From Prochlorococcus sp. MIT 0801 (GTDB lineage: Bacteria; Cyanobacteriota; Cyanobacteriia; PCC-6307; Cyanobiaceae), in assembly GCF_000757865.1 (NCBI RefSeq), contig NZ_CP007754.1, forward strand, positions 330,001 through 362,000: a stretch of 32,000 nt of DNA, written 5' to 3'. Made by a program: the position numbers and the translations under genes. The notes beneath the pieces were generated by a model, which did no database searches, had not been told where the DNA came from, and saw only the letters and a program-made list of their open reading frames with translations. How positions within the stretch are numbered: the first letter of the stretch is position 1; the number at the start of each line of letters is the position of its first letter. Below, in pieces: positions 17,842 to 27,086 of the stretch.

Positions 17842-20007
17842 CTCGTTCTAGCTGGTGGTGGTCATACTCATGCCCTTGTGTTGCTCCAGTGGGCAATGAA
17901 TCCAAAATTGAAGCCTGCTGGAATGATTACTTTAGTTAATAAAGCAAGTACAACTGTTTATTCTGGAATGTTTCCAGGTGTCATAGCAGGTAAATACAAG
18001 ATAGATGAAATACTAATTGATTTGAGGAAACTTGCTTTAAAAGCAGGAGTTTCATTTGTGATGGCAGAAATTGAGGGAATCAATCTTAAGGAAAAAAAGT
18101 TACTTTTAGCAGGACGGCCAGAAATTGAATATTCTCTATTATCCCTAAATATAGGAACAAAAACTAATATAAATTCTAAACTTTTTATTAGAGGTGATAA
18201 AGATTTAGCTGTTCCAATTAAACCTTTTTCTGAATCCTATAAATTTATTGTCGATCAAGATATCCACAAGAATGATTCTTCTGCAAAACCATTTGTAATT
18301 ATTGGTGGAGGATTCGCTGGAATAGAAATAGCTTTTTCTTTAAGAAAAAGATGGCCAAAAAGGACTATTTTATTAAAAGTCAAATCAGGAAGAAATATAA
18401 ATAAAAATCTTTTAAGAAATTTAAAGGCTTTAGATATTGAAATTACAAAAAAGCAACCATCTATTTTATATCCAAAATTAATATGTACCGGTAATAAATC
18501 TTTTAATTGGTTAAAGAATAGTGGTTTACCTATAGATGAGAATGGGAGAGTTCTAACTGAAAAAACTCTTCAAGTCCTTAACTATCCAGAGTTATTTGCT
18601 GTAGGAGATTGTGGTGTCATTAAGGATTATCCTCGACCTTCTTCTGGAGTATGGGCGGTTCGTGCAGCAAAACCACTTGCAAATAATTTAGAGTTTATAA
18701 CTAAAGGTTTAAAACTAGAGGAATGGAAACCTCAAAGAAAAGCAATACAACTTTTGGATATCAATATTAGAAAAAAGAAATCTAAAGCTTTTATTTCCTG
18801 GGGTGAAGTTATTATTGGTCCTTTTGATTTTTTATCAAGTTTAAAAGAATTAATTGATAAACAATTTATCTCTAAATTTGATCTAGTTAAAGATATAAAT
18901 TCAGATATGTCTTCTGAAGAAGAGATGATTAAATGTAGAGGATGTGCGGCAAAATTAGCTTTTACTCCATTAAGTTCAGCATTAAAAAAAGTAGATTTAA
19001 TAGAATCTTCAAAAGATGATTCTATGAATATAGGGATATTAAATTCTGATAAAACTTTGATACAAAGTGTAGATGGATTCCCTTCTTTAATTAGTGATCC
19101 TTGGTTAAATGGAAGACTTTTGGCGTTTCATTCCTGTTCTGATATTTGGGCATGCGGAGGATCTGTGATCTCTGCACAGTCTCTTATCAACTTACCATCC
19201 ATATCTAATAACTTACAGAAAGAATTGTTATATCAAGTTTTGGAAGGTATTAATTCTGCTTTAACTATCCAAGGTGCAAATCTTATAGGTGGGCATACAT
19301 TAGAATCAAGAAAAATATCTGAAGAGCCTTTTTCCCTAGGAATAGAAAGCTCATTAACTGTAAATGGGGTTATTGATGATAAAAAATATTTTTGGCCTAA
19401 GGGAGGAATGAGAAATGGAGATGAAATTTTAATTAGTCGTTCTTTGGGAACTGGAATTATTTTTTCTGCATTTATGAATGGTCAAGTAAAACCTTATATA
19501 CTTGATAATGTCTTAAAAGAAATGAATAAAAGTCAGCATGAGATTGTCAATTATATTAATCAATTAACAAATCTAAATCCACGCTCAAAAATAGTTAATG
19601 CATGTACTGATATAACTGGATTTGGTTTGCTAGGTCATTTGTCAGAAATGTTGGAATCTACTAATAGTGACCAATTAAAGATGAATTTAGAACCATTTAA
19701 AGTCACTCTTGAACTGGATAATATACCATTATATGATGGTGTAAAAGAACTTTTAGATAAAGGCTTTGAAAGCACTTTAGCCCCTGCAAATCATATTTTT
19801 CTAAAAAATATTGATGGAGATAAAAACTTAAGGTTTGAGCTCAAATCTAATGATTCTTCCTCTAATAGATCCTTTTATAATGCCATGCTAAAAATCTTAG
19901 TAGACCCACAAACTTGTGGCCCTTTGGTTGTTTGTTGTTCATCGATTTATTCAGAAAAACTTATACAGCAAGGACCTTGGATTAAAATAGGTTTTATTTC
20001 TAAATAA
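17827..20007 (+). CDS. selD: Fusion protein: N-terminal FAD/NAD(P)-dependent pyridine nucleotide-disulfide oxidoreductase-like domain and C-terminal selenide, water dikinase (SelD)
   Basis: N-terminus LVLAGGGHTHA plus a second Rossmann motif FVIIGGGFAGIEIA. The C-terminal half begins MIKCRGCAAKLA (Cys form of the SelD active-site loop) and carries AIR-synthase-like PurM-fold motifs (GGHT, CTDITGFGLLGHL). The ORF is open from TTG at 17800. I call the ATG at 17827 (MFSDHLVLAGGG...). Confidence 0.85.
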   Translation: MFSDHLVLAGGGHTHALVLLQWAMNPKLKPAGMITLVNKASTTVYSGMFPGVIAGKYKIDEILIDLRKLALKAGVSFVMAEIEGINLKEKKLLLAGRPEIEYSLLSLNIGTKTNINSKLFIRGDKDLAVPIKPFSESYKFIVDQDIHKNDSSAKPFVIIGGGFAGIEIAFSLRKRWPKRTILLKVKSGRNINKNLLRNLKALDIEITKKQPSILYPKLICTGNKSFNWLKNSGLPIDENGRVLTEKTLQVLNYPELFAVGDCGVIKDYPRPSSGVWAVRAAKPLANNLEFITKGLKLEEWKPQRKAIQLLDINIRKKKSKAFISWGEVIIGPFDFLSSLKELIDKQFISKFDLVKDINSDMSSEEEMIKCRGCAAKLAFTPLSSALKKVDLIESSKDDSMNIGILNSDKTLIQSVDGFPSLISDPWLNGRLLAFHSCSDIWACGGSVISAQSLINLPSISNNLQKELLYQVLEGINSALTIQGANLIGGHTLESRKISEEPFSLGIESSLTVNGVIDDKKYFWPKGGMRNGDEILISRSLGTGIIFSAFMNGQVKPYILDNVLKEMNKSQHEIVNYINQLTNLNPRSKIVNACTDITGFGLLGHLSEMLESTNSDQLKMNLEPFKVTLELDNIPLYDGVKELLDKGFESTLAPANHIFLKNIDGDKNLRFELKSNDSSSNRSFYNAMLKILVDPQTCGPLVVCCSSIYSEKLIQQGPWIKIGFISK

Positions 20008-20022
20008 ATACTTATTAAATTT

Positions 20023-21279
20023 TTAAAAAGCAATATTTTCATCAATTAATTTCATTCTTTGCCGTTTTATTTCTATTCCTATTTCTGGTCCAGGTTCCCA
20101 ACCTTTAGCTATTAAATCATCTCCTTTTATTGGAGACTCTATATTCTTCCAATTAAATAGCCAAGATTTCAAATATTCTTTTAGTGGGTTATTTCTACAT
20201 ATTTCAAGCATGAAAGAAGATTCATTAGCATTGATTTTCTCAAGGTTTGTTGTCCACTTTGATGGTGACCAATTTTTATATAAATGATTAGCTGTTATAT
20301 TTTTTAGATATTTATTTAATCTACAAGCTCCTTCTATTATTTCTTTTTGCTGTTGATTTAAGTGTAATCTCTTAGCTAGATAAATAGGGCTTTTAGATTC
20401 ATAAACAAATGCTGTTAGGGGTTCAATATTAGACTTCTTTGCAATGAAAATTTTTTCAATAAGTCGTTGATCATTTTGTAATTTCGAATCTACTATTTTT
20501 AGCCCTCCACAGACTTGTAGATTTTTTAATGCATTCTTCCAATATTTGTCTTCTAAAAGCAATTCTAGTTCCATTTTTAATCTTATTGATAATGCTGAAG
20601 GTGCTAAATCAGTATTATCTCCAATATGCCAATTCCAAGGCCAAAGATTTATTGTATCTTTTATTTGTTTTAAGGCTTGATTTGATAGATCAAAATCTAA
20701 CTTAGCAGAATAGCGAGAAGCTCTAATAACTCTAGTTGGGTCATCTAAAACACTTGATTTATGCAAAAAGTCCATTTTCATATTTTCAATTGCATCTGAT
20801 CCTGAAAATAAATCGATTAGTCTATTATCTTTCAGTTCAATTGCCATTGCATTTATATTAAAATCTCTTCTTATTAGATCTTTTTTGATTGTTGATAATT
20901 CGACTATTGGGTTTTCTCCAGGTATTGGATACGTTTCTTTACGAGCAGATGCAATATCAACTTTTATGCCATTAATTATCACTTCTGAGGTTTTGTAATT
21001 TCTGTTATCTCGTATGACTTTTACTCTTTCTGCTCCAAGAACTTTTTGCAATTCTTTGATATAGGTTGAGGTCTCACCTTCAATAATTAAATCTAGATCA
21101 TTGAAGATAATTTCATAATCTTGATTTTTAGATTTTTTTATTAAGTCTCTTACAACTCCTCCAACTATTGCAATAGAAGTTATATTGACTGAGCAAGCTG
21201 CTTCTAAAATAATAGTTAGAATTCCACTCGGTAATTCTTTTATCTCTTTTTCAATTGTAGATTTATCAAATAATTCCAT
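20023..21279 (-). CDS. tRNA nucleotidyltransferase (CCA-adding) / poly(A) polymerase family protein
   Basis: 418 aa. GGVVRDLI...DLDLIIEG nucleotidyltransferase head motif and RRDFNINAMA (RRDFTINA-type) motif. Confidence 0.8.
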   Translation of the reverse strand: MELFDKSTIEKEIKELPSGILTIILEAACSVNITSIAIVGGVVRDLIKKSKNQDYEIIFNDLDLIIEGETSTYIKELQKVLGAERVKVIRDNRNYKTSEVIINGIKVDIASARKETYPIPGENPIVELSTIKKDLIRRDFNINAMAIELKDNRLIDLFSGSDAIENMKMDFLHKSSVLDDPTRVIRASRYSAKLDFDLSNQALKQIKDTINLWPWNWHIGDNTDLAPSALSIRLKMELELLLEDKYWKNALKNLQVCGGLKIVDSKLQNDQRLIEKIFIAKKSNIEPLTAFVYESKSPIYLAKRLHLNQQQKEIIEGACRLNKYLKNITANHLYKNWSPSKWTTNLEKINANESSFMLEICRNNPLKEYLKSWLFNWKNIESPIKGDDLIAKGWEPGPEIGIEIKRQRMKLIDENIAF

Positions 21280-21322
21280 GAGAAATATGGTTTTAGCTAG
21301 TTAACATTTTTCAGATTAAATC

Positions 21323-23740
21323 TTACTCATCTATCAATTTCAATGGAGCTAGTCTTGGGTCTAATATTTTTGGCCCCATTCCTGAGAATTTTATGGCCAG
21401 TGAGATTTTTTCTCCTGAACCAAAAACATGTGTGATTATCCCTTCTCCAAATGAAGAATGTTCAACTCTATCGTTAACTGACCATCGCTTCCCTGGGGAA
21501 GGACCAGAATATGTTTTTCTTACTGCATTTTCAGCTTCACTAGGAAAGGACTTTTTATTACTTTGGCGATCAATTCTAGTTAGTCTGTCTAGATTTTTTT
21601 CTCTTCTTAATGTAGCCCCACCAGATAATGGGATATCGCCTTTAACAAGTTCTTCTGGTATTTCGGAGAGGAATATAGATGCGATAGCTGGTTCTCTCAT
21701 CCCTCCCCACATTCTTCTCTCAGATGCATGAAAGAGAAATAGTTTTTCTTTTGCTCTAGTAAGTCCTACGTAACAAAGTCGCCTTTCTTCCTCAAGTGAA
21801 GATGGATCATCAAGTGATCTATAGCTTGGGAATAAGCCTTGCTCCATTCCCACAAGACAAACGACAGGAAATTCCAAACCTTTACTGCTGTGAAGAGTCA
21901 TTAATGTGACTCGATTTGACGCAGTGTCTTTATTATCTGCATCGCTTGATAGAGCAGCAGTTGATAAAAAACCTTCTAAATTTGCATCTTCGCTTTCTTC
22001 CTGATATTGCAACGCGGCATTAACTAATTCTTGAAGATTGCGTCTTCTTTCTTCTGCCTCATCTGTTCCTGTTGCAATTAATTCACTTAAATAGCCACTT
22101 TTTTCTAAAACTAATTGAACCAACTCGGCGGGGCTTGAAGAGAGAAGATGACTTTGTAATTCATTAATAAGCTCACTAAAAATTAAAAGACCTTTGGCTG
22201 ATCTTCCTGCGAGTGATCTGACAGCTTCGGGGTCATTTACAACTTCCCAAAGAGGAATTTTTAATTGACTAGCAGCATCACTCAATCTTTGAACTGTTGT
22301 TTTGCCAATCCCTCTTTTAGGAACGTTTAAAACTCTCAGAAGACTGACACTGTCAGATGGATTAATTAAAAGTCTTAAATAAGCTAGTAGATCTTTAATT
22401 TCTCTTCGATCATAAAAACGTAATCCTCCAACCACAATGTATGGAATACTCCAGCGGACCAATGAGTCCTCAATTGCTCTTGATTGCGCATTGGTTCTAT
22501 AAAGAATAGCCATATCTCCCCAATTTAATTCTGGATTCGAGGCATCTAAAATTCTTAGCCTATGAATAACTGCCTCTGCCTCTGCTATCTCATCGTCACA
22601 CCTTGTTAATCTAATAGGCTCACCTTCTCCTCTAGTTGCTCTAAGAACTTTATCTATTCTTTCTTTATTGTTGGAGATTAGTGAATTTGCTGCTTCGAGG
22701 ATGGTAGAGGTAGATCGATAATTTTCTTCTAGTTTTACAAGAGTTGAATCATATGTATTGTCTAGGCTTTTCTTTCCAAAGTCCTCTTGAAATCCCATTA
22801 GTATCCTAAAGTCCGCAGCTCTAAAGCTGTAAATACTTTGATCTGCATCGCCAACAACAAAAACTGATCGATTATTCCAATCTTGAAAAGAAGATGGATC
22901 TTTACCATTGGTAACCAATTGTTTAATTAATTCGTATTGTGTCCAATTAGTATCTTGATATTCATCAACTAAAACATGTTTGAAGCGACTGTGCCAATAA
23001 GTCCTTATTTTTTCATTTTGTTGTAGTAATTGAACAGGTATTAATAGAAGATCATCAAAATCTAATGCATTATTAGCAGCTAAAGCTTTTCTATAAAGTC
23101 TATAAGTTTCAGCAACTAATTTTCCTCTTTGACCTTCTTGATTATTTGATAAATCATCAGGAAGTAAGCATTGATTTTTGGCATTACTGATTGCCCATCG
23201 TACTTTTTTTGGTTCAAATCTTTTTGGATCTAATTGTAGATCTTGTGTAACTATTTCTTTGATAAGACTTTGGGCATCTGTTTCGTCATATATTGAAAAC
23301 TGTTTAGTCCATGTCAATCCTTCAGGGTCTTTGAATTTATCGATGTCAAAGCGTAATAATCTTGAAAACAAAGCGTGAAAAGTACCTATCCATAATTCAC
23401 GACTGATTTCACGATGTATACGATTACGAATTTCTCTTTGTTCTGCTACTTGCAAGGCAGTCCAAGGCTTCCCGTGGGTAAGACTTGATAACCTTTTTGC
23501 TAAAAGCAATTCAAGTCTATCTTTCATCTCTCTTGCAGCTTTATTGGTAAAAGTAACTGCAAGAATAGAACTAGGATCAACTTTGTATTCAGTAATTAAA
23601 TGCGCAATACGATGAGTAAGAGCTCTTGTTTTTCCGCTTCCTGCTCCTGCTATAACTAATAATGGACCATGAAAATGATCAACTGCATGTGACTGCGCCT
23701 CGTTTAATCCATTTAGAAATATACTGTTTGATTGTTTCAT
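21323..23740 (-). CDS. pcrA: ATP-dependent DNA helicase, UvrD/PcrA (superfamily 1A)
   Basis: 805 aa. LNEAQSHAV, AGAGSGKTRALTHRIAHL (motif I), VDEYQDTN (motif II), GDADQSIYSFRAA, TLHSSKGLEF and CYVGLTRAK. Confidence 0.93.
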   Translation of the reverse strand: MKQSNSIFLNGLNEAQSHAVDHFHGPLLVIAGAGSGKTRALTHRIAHLITEYKVDPSSILAVTFTNKAAREMKDRLELLLAKRLSSLTHGKPWTALQVAEQREIRNRIHREISRELWIGTFHALFSRLLRFDIDKFKDPEGLTWTKQFSIYDETDAQSLIKEIVTQDLQLDPKRFEPKKVRWAISNAKNQCLLPDDLSNNQEGQRGKLVAETYRLYRKALAANNALDFDDLLLIPVQLLQQNEKIRTYWHSRFKHVLVDEYQDTNWTQYELIKQLVTNGKDPSSFQDWNNRSVFVVGDADQSIYSFRAADFRILMGFQEDFGKKSLDNTYDSTLVKLEENYRSTSTILEAANSLISNNKERIDKVLRATRGEGEPIRLTRCDDEIAEAEAVIHRLRILDASNPELNWGDMAILYRTNAQSRAIEDSLVRWSIPYIVVGGLRFYDRREIKDLLAYLRLLINPSDSVSLLRVLNVPKRGIGKTTVQRLSDAASQLKIPLWEVVNDPEAVRSLAGRSAKGLLIFSELINELQSHLLSSSPAELVQLVLEKSGYLSELIATGTDEAEERRRNLQELVNAALQYQEESEDANLEGFLSTAALSSDADNKDTASNRVTLMTLHSSKGLEFPVVCLVGMEQGLFPSYRSLDDPSSLEEERRLCYVGLTRAKEKLFLFHASERRMWGGMREPAIASIFLSEIPEELVKGDIPLSGGATLRREKNLDRLTRIDRQSNKKSFPSEAENAVRKTYSGPSPGKRWSVNDRVEHSSFGEGIITHVFGSGEKISLAIKFSGMGPKILDPRLAPLKLIDE

Positions 23741-23828
23741 TTTATAGACTTTAAATACATTTAATTGAATTTAGTTTTGCAACATTCATGGGGTACATTT
23801 TTATATTATTTAAGCAGCAAAAATAAAA

Positions 23829-24068
23829 TCATAAAAGCAGATTTGATGTTGCATTTTCTTTTTGTTTATATAGCTTAGAAAGTATTATTTTTATTTTATT
23901 AAGTTCTTGATGAGAGTTGATAATTGATTCGATTTTTCTTTGAGGCATTTTGAGCTTTTGTGAAATAGTTACAACCTCTTTTTCTAAACGATTTTTGTAT
24001 TCGCTTAGTTCTTTAATTGACTCTTCTAATTCTTCTTCAGTTGGACTTTTCATTTTTTTGTTTAACAA
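23829..24068 (-). CDS. Hypothetical small coiled-coil protein (79 aa)
   Basis: Only an open frame with a Lys/Glu-rich heptad-like sequence (EEELEESIKELSEYKNRLEKEV...), in the gap between pcrA and cpeB. No recognisable family, so it could be a chance ORF in AT-rich DNA. Confidence 0.35.
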   Translation of the reverse strand: MLNKKMKSPTEEELEESIKELSEYKNRLEKEVVTISQKLKMPQRKIESIINSHQELNKIKIILSKLYKQKENATSNLLL

Positions 24069-24217
24069 TAGCTCAAATTAGTGATATCCCACTTTGCTTA
24101 TAAGCTTTTTGAGATAACTCTATGGTTAGTTTTTCTTGGAAATTTTTCTTACAGTTAAGAAGCATTGCGTTCTTAGGTCTCTTTCAATCAAATTTGACTG
24201 TAAGTCTTAAGTTGAAT

Positions 24218-24241
24218 AAGTAATGAAGTAATGAAGTAATG
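24218..24241. repeat. Perfect 3 x 8-nt tandem repeat (AAGTAATG)3 in the cpeB upstream/leader region
   Basis: Read directly: AAGTAATG at 24218-24225, 24226-24233 and 24234-24241. The array ends 56 nt upstream of the cpeB ATG. It is flanked by a direct repeat TTAAGTCTT (approximately 24200-24208 and 24247-24255). Confidence 0.9.
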
Positions 24242-24293
24242 ACTATTAAGTCTTTACTTGAACTCTTTTACTTATTAGAAGGTAGGTATTTAA

Positions 24294-24845
<552 letters not shown>

Positions 24846-24901
24846 ATATTAAACTCTAATTGCTCCACTACATCACGCAAACCATTTCTTATTAAGCCAC
24901 T

Positions 24902-25369
24902 ATGAAATCTGCAGTTACAACCGTTGTTAGCGCAGCTGATGCAGCAGGAAGATTTCCCAGCATGAGTGATTTTGAGTCTGTGAAAGGATCTTTTGATAGG
25001 GCAAAAGCTCGTCTAGAGGCTGCAGAAAAACTTGCTTCTTGTCTTGATAAATTTACCAATCTTGCCGTTGATGCTGTTTATCAAAATGGTTCATATGAGC
25101 AGGCTAATAAAGATAAGTGCGTGAGAGATATTCATCATTACTTGCGTCTTATTAATTATTGCTTAGTAACTGGTGGCACTGGTCCTTTAGATGAATGGGG
25201 AATATCAGGTATGAGAGAAATTATTCGTATCCAGCTATTACCAACAGCTGCTTATATTGAAGCATTTATTTTTATTCGAGATGAAATTAAAATCAATGAT
25301 GTTATGGGTCAGCAAGCCGAAACGGAATTCAAAGGATTATTGGATTATTTAATAAACGCACTTGCATAA
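24902..25369 (+). CDS. cpeA: Phycoerythrin alpha subunit (shortened, Prochlorococcus-type)
   Basis: 155 aa. MKSAVTTVVSAADAAGRFPS start. One canonical attachment motif KDKCVRDI (Cys73). No Cys in the C-terminal half, where alpha-139/143-type sites would lie. Confidence 0.95.
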   Translation: MKSAVTTVVSAADAAGRFPSMSDFESVKGSFDRAKARLEAAEKLASCLDKFTNLAVDAVYQNGSYEQANKDKCVRDIHHYLRLINYCLVTGGTGPLDEWGISGMREIIRIQLLPTAAYIEAFIFIRDEIKINDVMGQQAETEFKGLLDYLINALA

Positions 25370-25434
25370 AAATAAATTAATTTAATTTATTTAAAATATT
25401 TTTTCGTAGTGTTAAATAATTATTTGAACTTTTA

Positions 25435-26031
25435 ATGATTAATTCTTTAGATTTAAATAAATATATAGAACTTTATCAAGATTTTTTGCATCCAAATCCA
25501 AATATTAATTCTCAAGCATTTTTGATTTTAAAAAAAGAATTTGAGGTTAAGTTTATGAATAATCTTTTAGCTAATCTCAAGGAAGAAGATTTATTTATAA
25601 GAAGAAAATCAATATTAGCTTTGGGACGATTTGGAGAAAAAGCCTTAAAGTCAATCGTTCAATTGTATATGGATACTAACAATACAACTGTTAAAGTTAG
25701 CTGCCTTAAAACAATTATCAAAGTTGTAGTTAATTTTAATTTAGAAGAATTAACTCAGGATGCGATGTTAGTAGTTGATTTAGCTCTTAAAGATAGTTCT
25801 CCTGAAATGATCTTGACTGTTATTTCTCTTTTGAGGCAATTAGGGAGAACTGGTAGAGATATTTTGATGAAAACCTGTAGAGATAAAGACTTATTAAGAG
25901 CGAAAGCTTCTATCAGCGCCCTTTTGGAAATGAAAGATCAGACTATTGATGATTTATTTGAAGACTTATTAAATGATAAATCTATTGATCAAATGATAAA
26001 GGAAGATATTTTGAGAGACAAAATTATTTAA
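25435..26031 (+). CDS. cpeZ: HEAT-repeat E/F-type phycobilin lyase-related protein (CpeZ-like)
   Basis: 198 aa with HEAT-like PBS-lyase repeats (RRKSILALGRFGEKALKSIVQLY...). The size and the position right after cpeBA match cpeZ. The symbol is assigned from size and synteny, not from a search. Confidence 0.7.
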   Translation: MINSLDLNKYIELYQDFLHPNPNINSQAFLILKKEFEVKFMNNLLANLKEEDLFIRRKSILALGRFGEKALKSIVQLYMDTNNTTVKVSCLKTIIKVVVNFNLEELTQDAMLVVDLALKDSSPEMILTVISLLRQLGRTGRDILMKTCRDKDLLRAKASISALLEMKDQTIDDLFEDLLNDKSIDQMIKEDILRDKII

Positions 26032-26056
26032 TATTCCAGATTCTTTATTAAGTCTT

Positions 26057-26920
26057 TTAGTTATTGATTTTTTTTATAGCTAATTTAATAATTGCGATAA
26101 CATTTTTATCTTGCTCAATTTTAAGAAGGTCCCTGAGTGGATTTATAGCTTCATTAATATTAAGTTGGATTAATGACAATATGGAAGCTTTTCGAATATC
26201 TGGATTTTTGTGTTTTAATTTTAATATTAAGGTAGGAATTAAAGATTCTATCCTATACAATTTACCAACTAATTTAATAGCTTCAATCTGAACATTTTCA
26301 GCAGGATCATTAATAGCCCTTTCTACTATTTGAATTGCTTCCTGATCTTGGGACTGTCTAATGTGTTCTTCAAGTGCTGAAATTGCAGCTGATTTTACAT
26401 TGGTGTTTTTTGATTTAGCTGCTTTTTTTATTGCATTAGAAGCTTTAGCTCCAATAAATTCTAAACACCATGCTGCAAGACCATATTGCATTTCTGTATA
26501 TTCTTGATTCTCCAAGACAATGATTAGATGATTAACAGCAGCCTCTCCAAAAATTGCAATTGCACCAGCTGCTGAAAATTGCACTACAGAATCTGAATCA
26601 CTGGTAAGTGCTTTTATTAAATGAGGTAAAGCTGATGGATCGTTAACTAACTTTAAAGTCTTAGCTGCCGCTCTTCTCTGTATTACGTTTTTACTATTCA
26701 GAAGAGCTTTGATTAATTCAGGTAACGCTGCCGAACCAACCTCGGCTAGTGCTATTGCATAATTTCTTCTTACCAAACCATTTTCATCACTAAGTCCTTT
26801 GATTAATAGCTTGATGTCTTTTTGACTTGATTTTTTCTTACTCATTATGTTTTGTTTATCCCCCTTGGCCTTTTCACTTTCTTCTTCAGTCGATATTTCA
26901 CTGTTCAAGTAATTATCCAC
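26057..26920 (-). CDS. mpeX: HEAT-repeat phycobilin lyase-related protein (MpeU/MpeV-like; MpeX of Prochlorococcus)
   Basis: 287 aa with tandem HEAT-like repeats (VRRNYAIALAEVGSAALPELIKALL..., IQRRAAAKTLKLVNDPSALPHLIKAL..., VQFSAAGAIAIFGEAAVNHLI). The size fits the MpeU/V class. The symbol comes from recollection of the SS120 cluster. Confidence 0.65.
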   Translation of the reverse strand: MDNYLNSEISTEEESEKAKGDKQNIMSKKKSSQKDIKLLIKGLSDENGLVRRNYAIALAEVGSAALPELIKALLNSKNVIQRRAAAKTLKLVNDPSALPHLIKALTSDSDSVVQFSAAGAIAIFGEAAVNHLIIVLENQEYTEMQYGLAAWCLEFIGAKASNAIKKAAKSKNTNVKSAAISALEEHIRQSQDQEAIQIVERAINDPAENVQIEAIKLVGKLYRIESLIPTLILKLKHKNPDIRKASILSLIQLNINEAINPLRDLLKIEQDKNVIAIIKLAIKKINN

Positions 26921-27086
26921 TTTTTCTTATATCCTTGAAAGCTTATTATATAATCTAGATTAAATTATTCACTATAATTTTATTACATGTATTTTCATAA
27001 ATAATATCCTTTTACATTCAGTATAAATTTTATGCTGAATATAATGCTCTCAGCTTATCTAATAAATACATATCCTTATATTTAAA

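Noticed and set aside
25370-25392. Perfect AT-only palindrome AAATAAATTAA-T-TTAATTTATTT immediately after the cpeA stop, a possible terminator.
   Set aside because: The stem has no G/C pairs and would be very weak. In DNA this AT-rich, such palindromes arise by chance. I could not support a terminator call without 3'-end data.
26985-27020. Two TTACAT hexamers in the mpeX-cpeY spacer, reminiscent of HLR1 high-light regulatory repeats.
   Set aside because: HLR1 needs two (G/T)TTACA(T/A)(T/A) units separated by 2 nt. Here the units are more than 20 nt apart, so the motif definition is not met.
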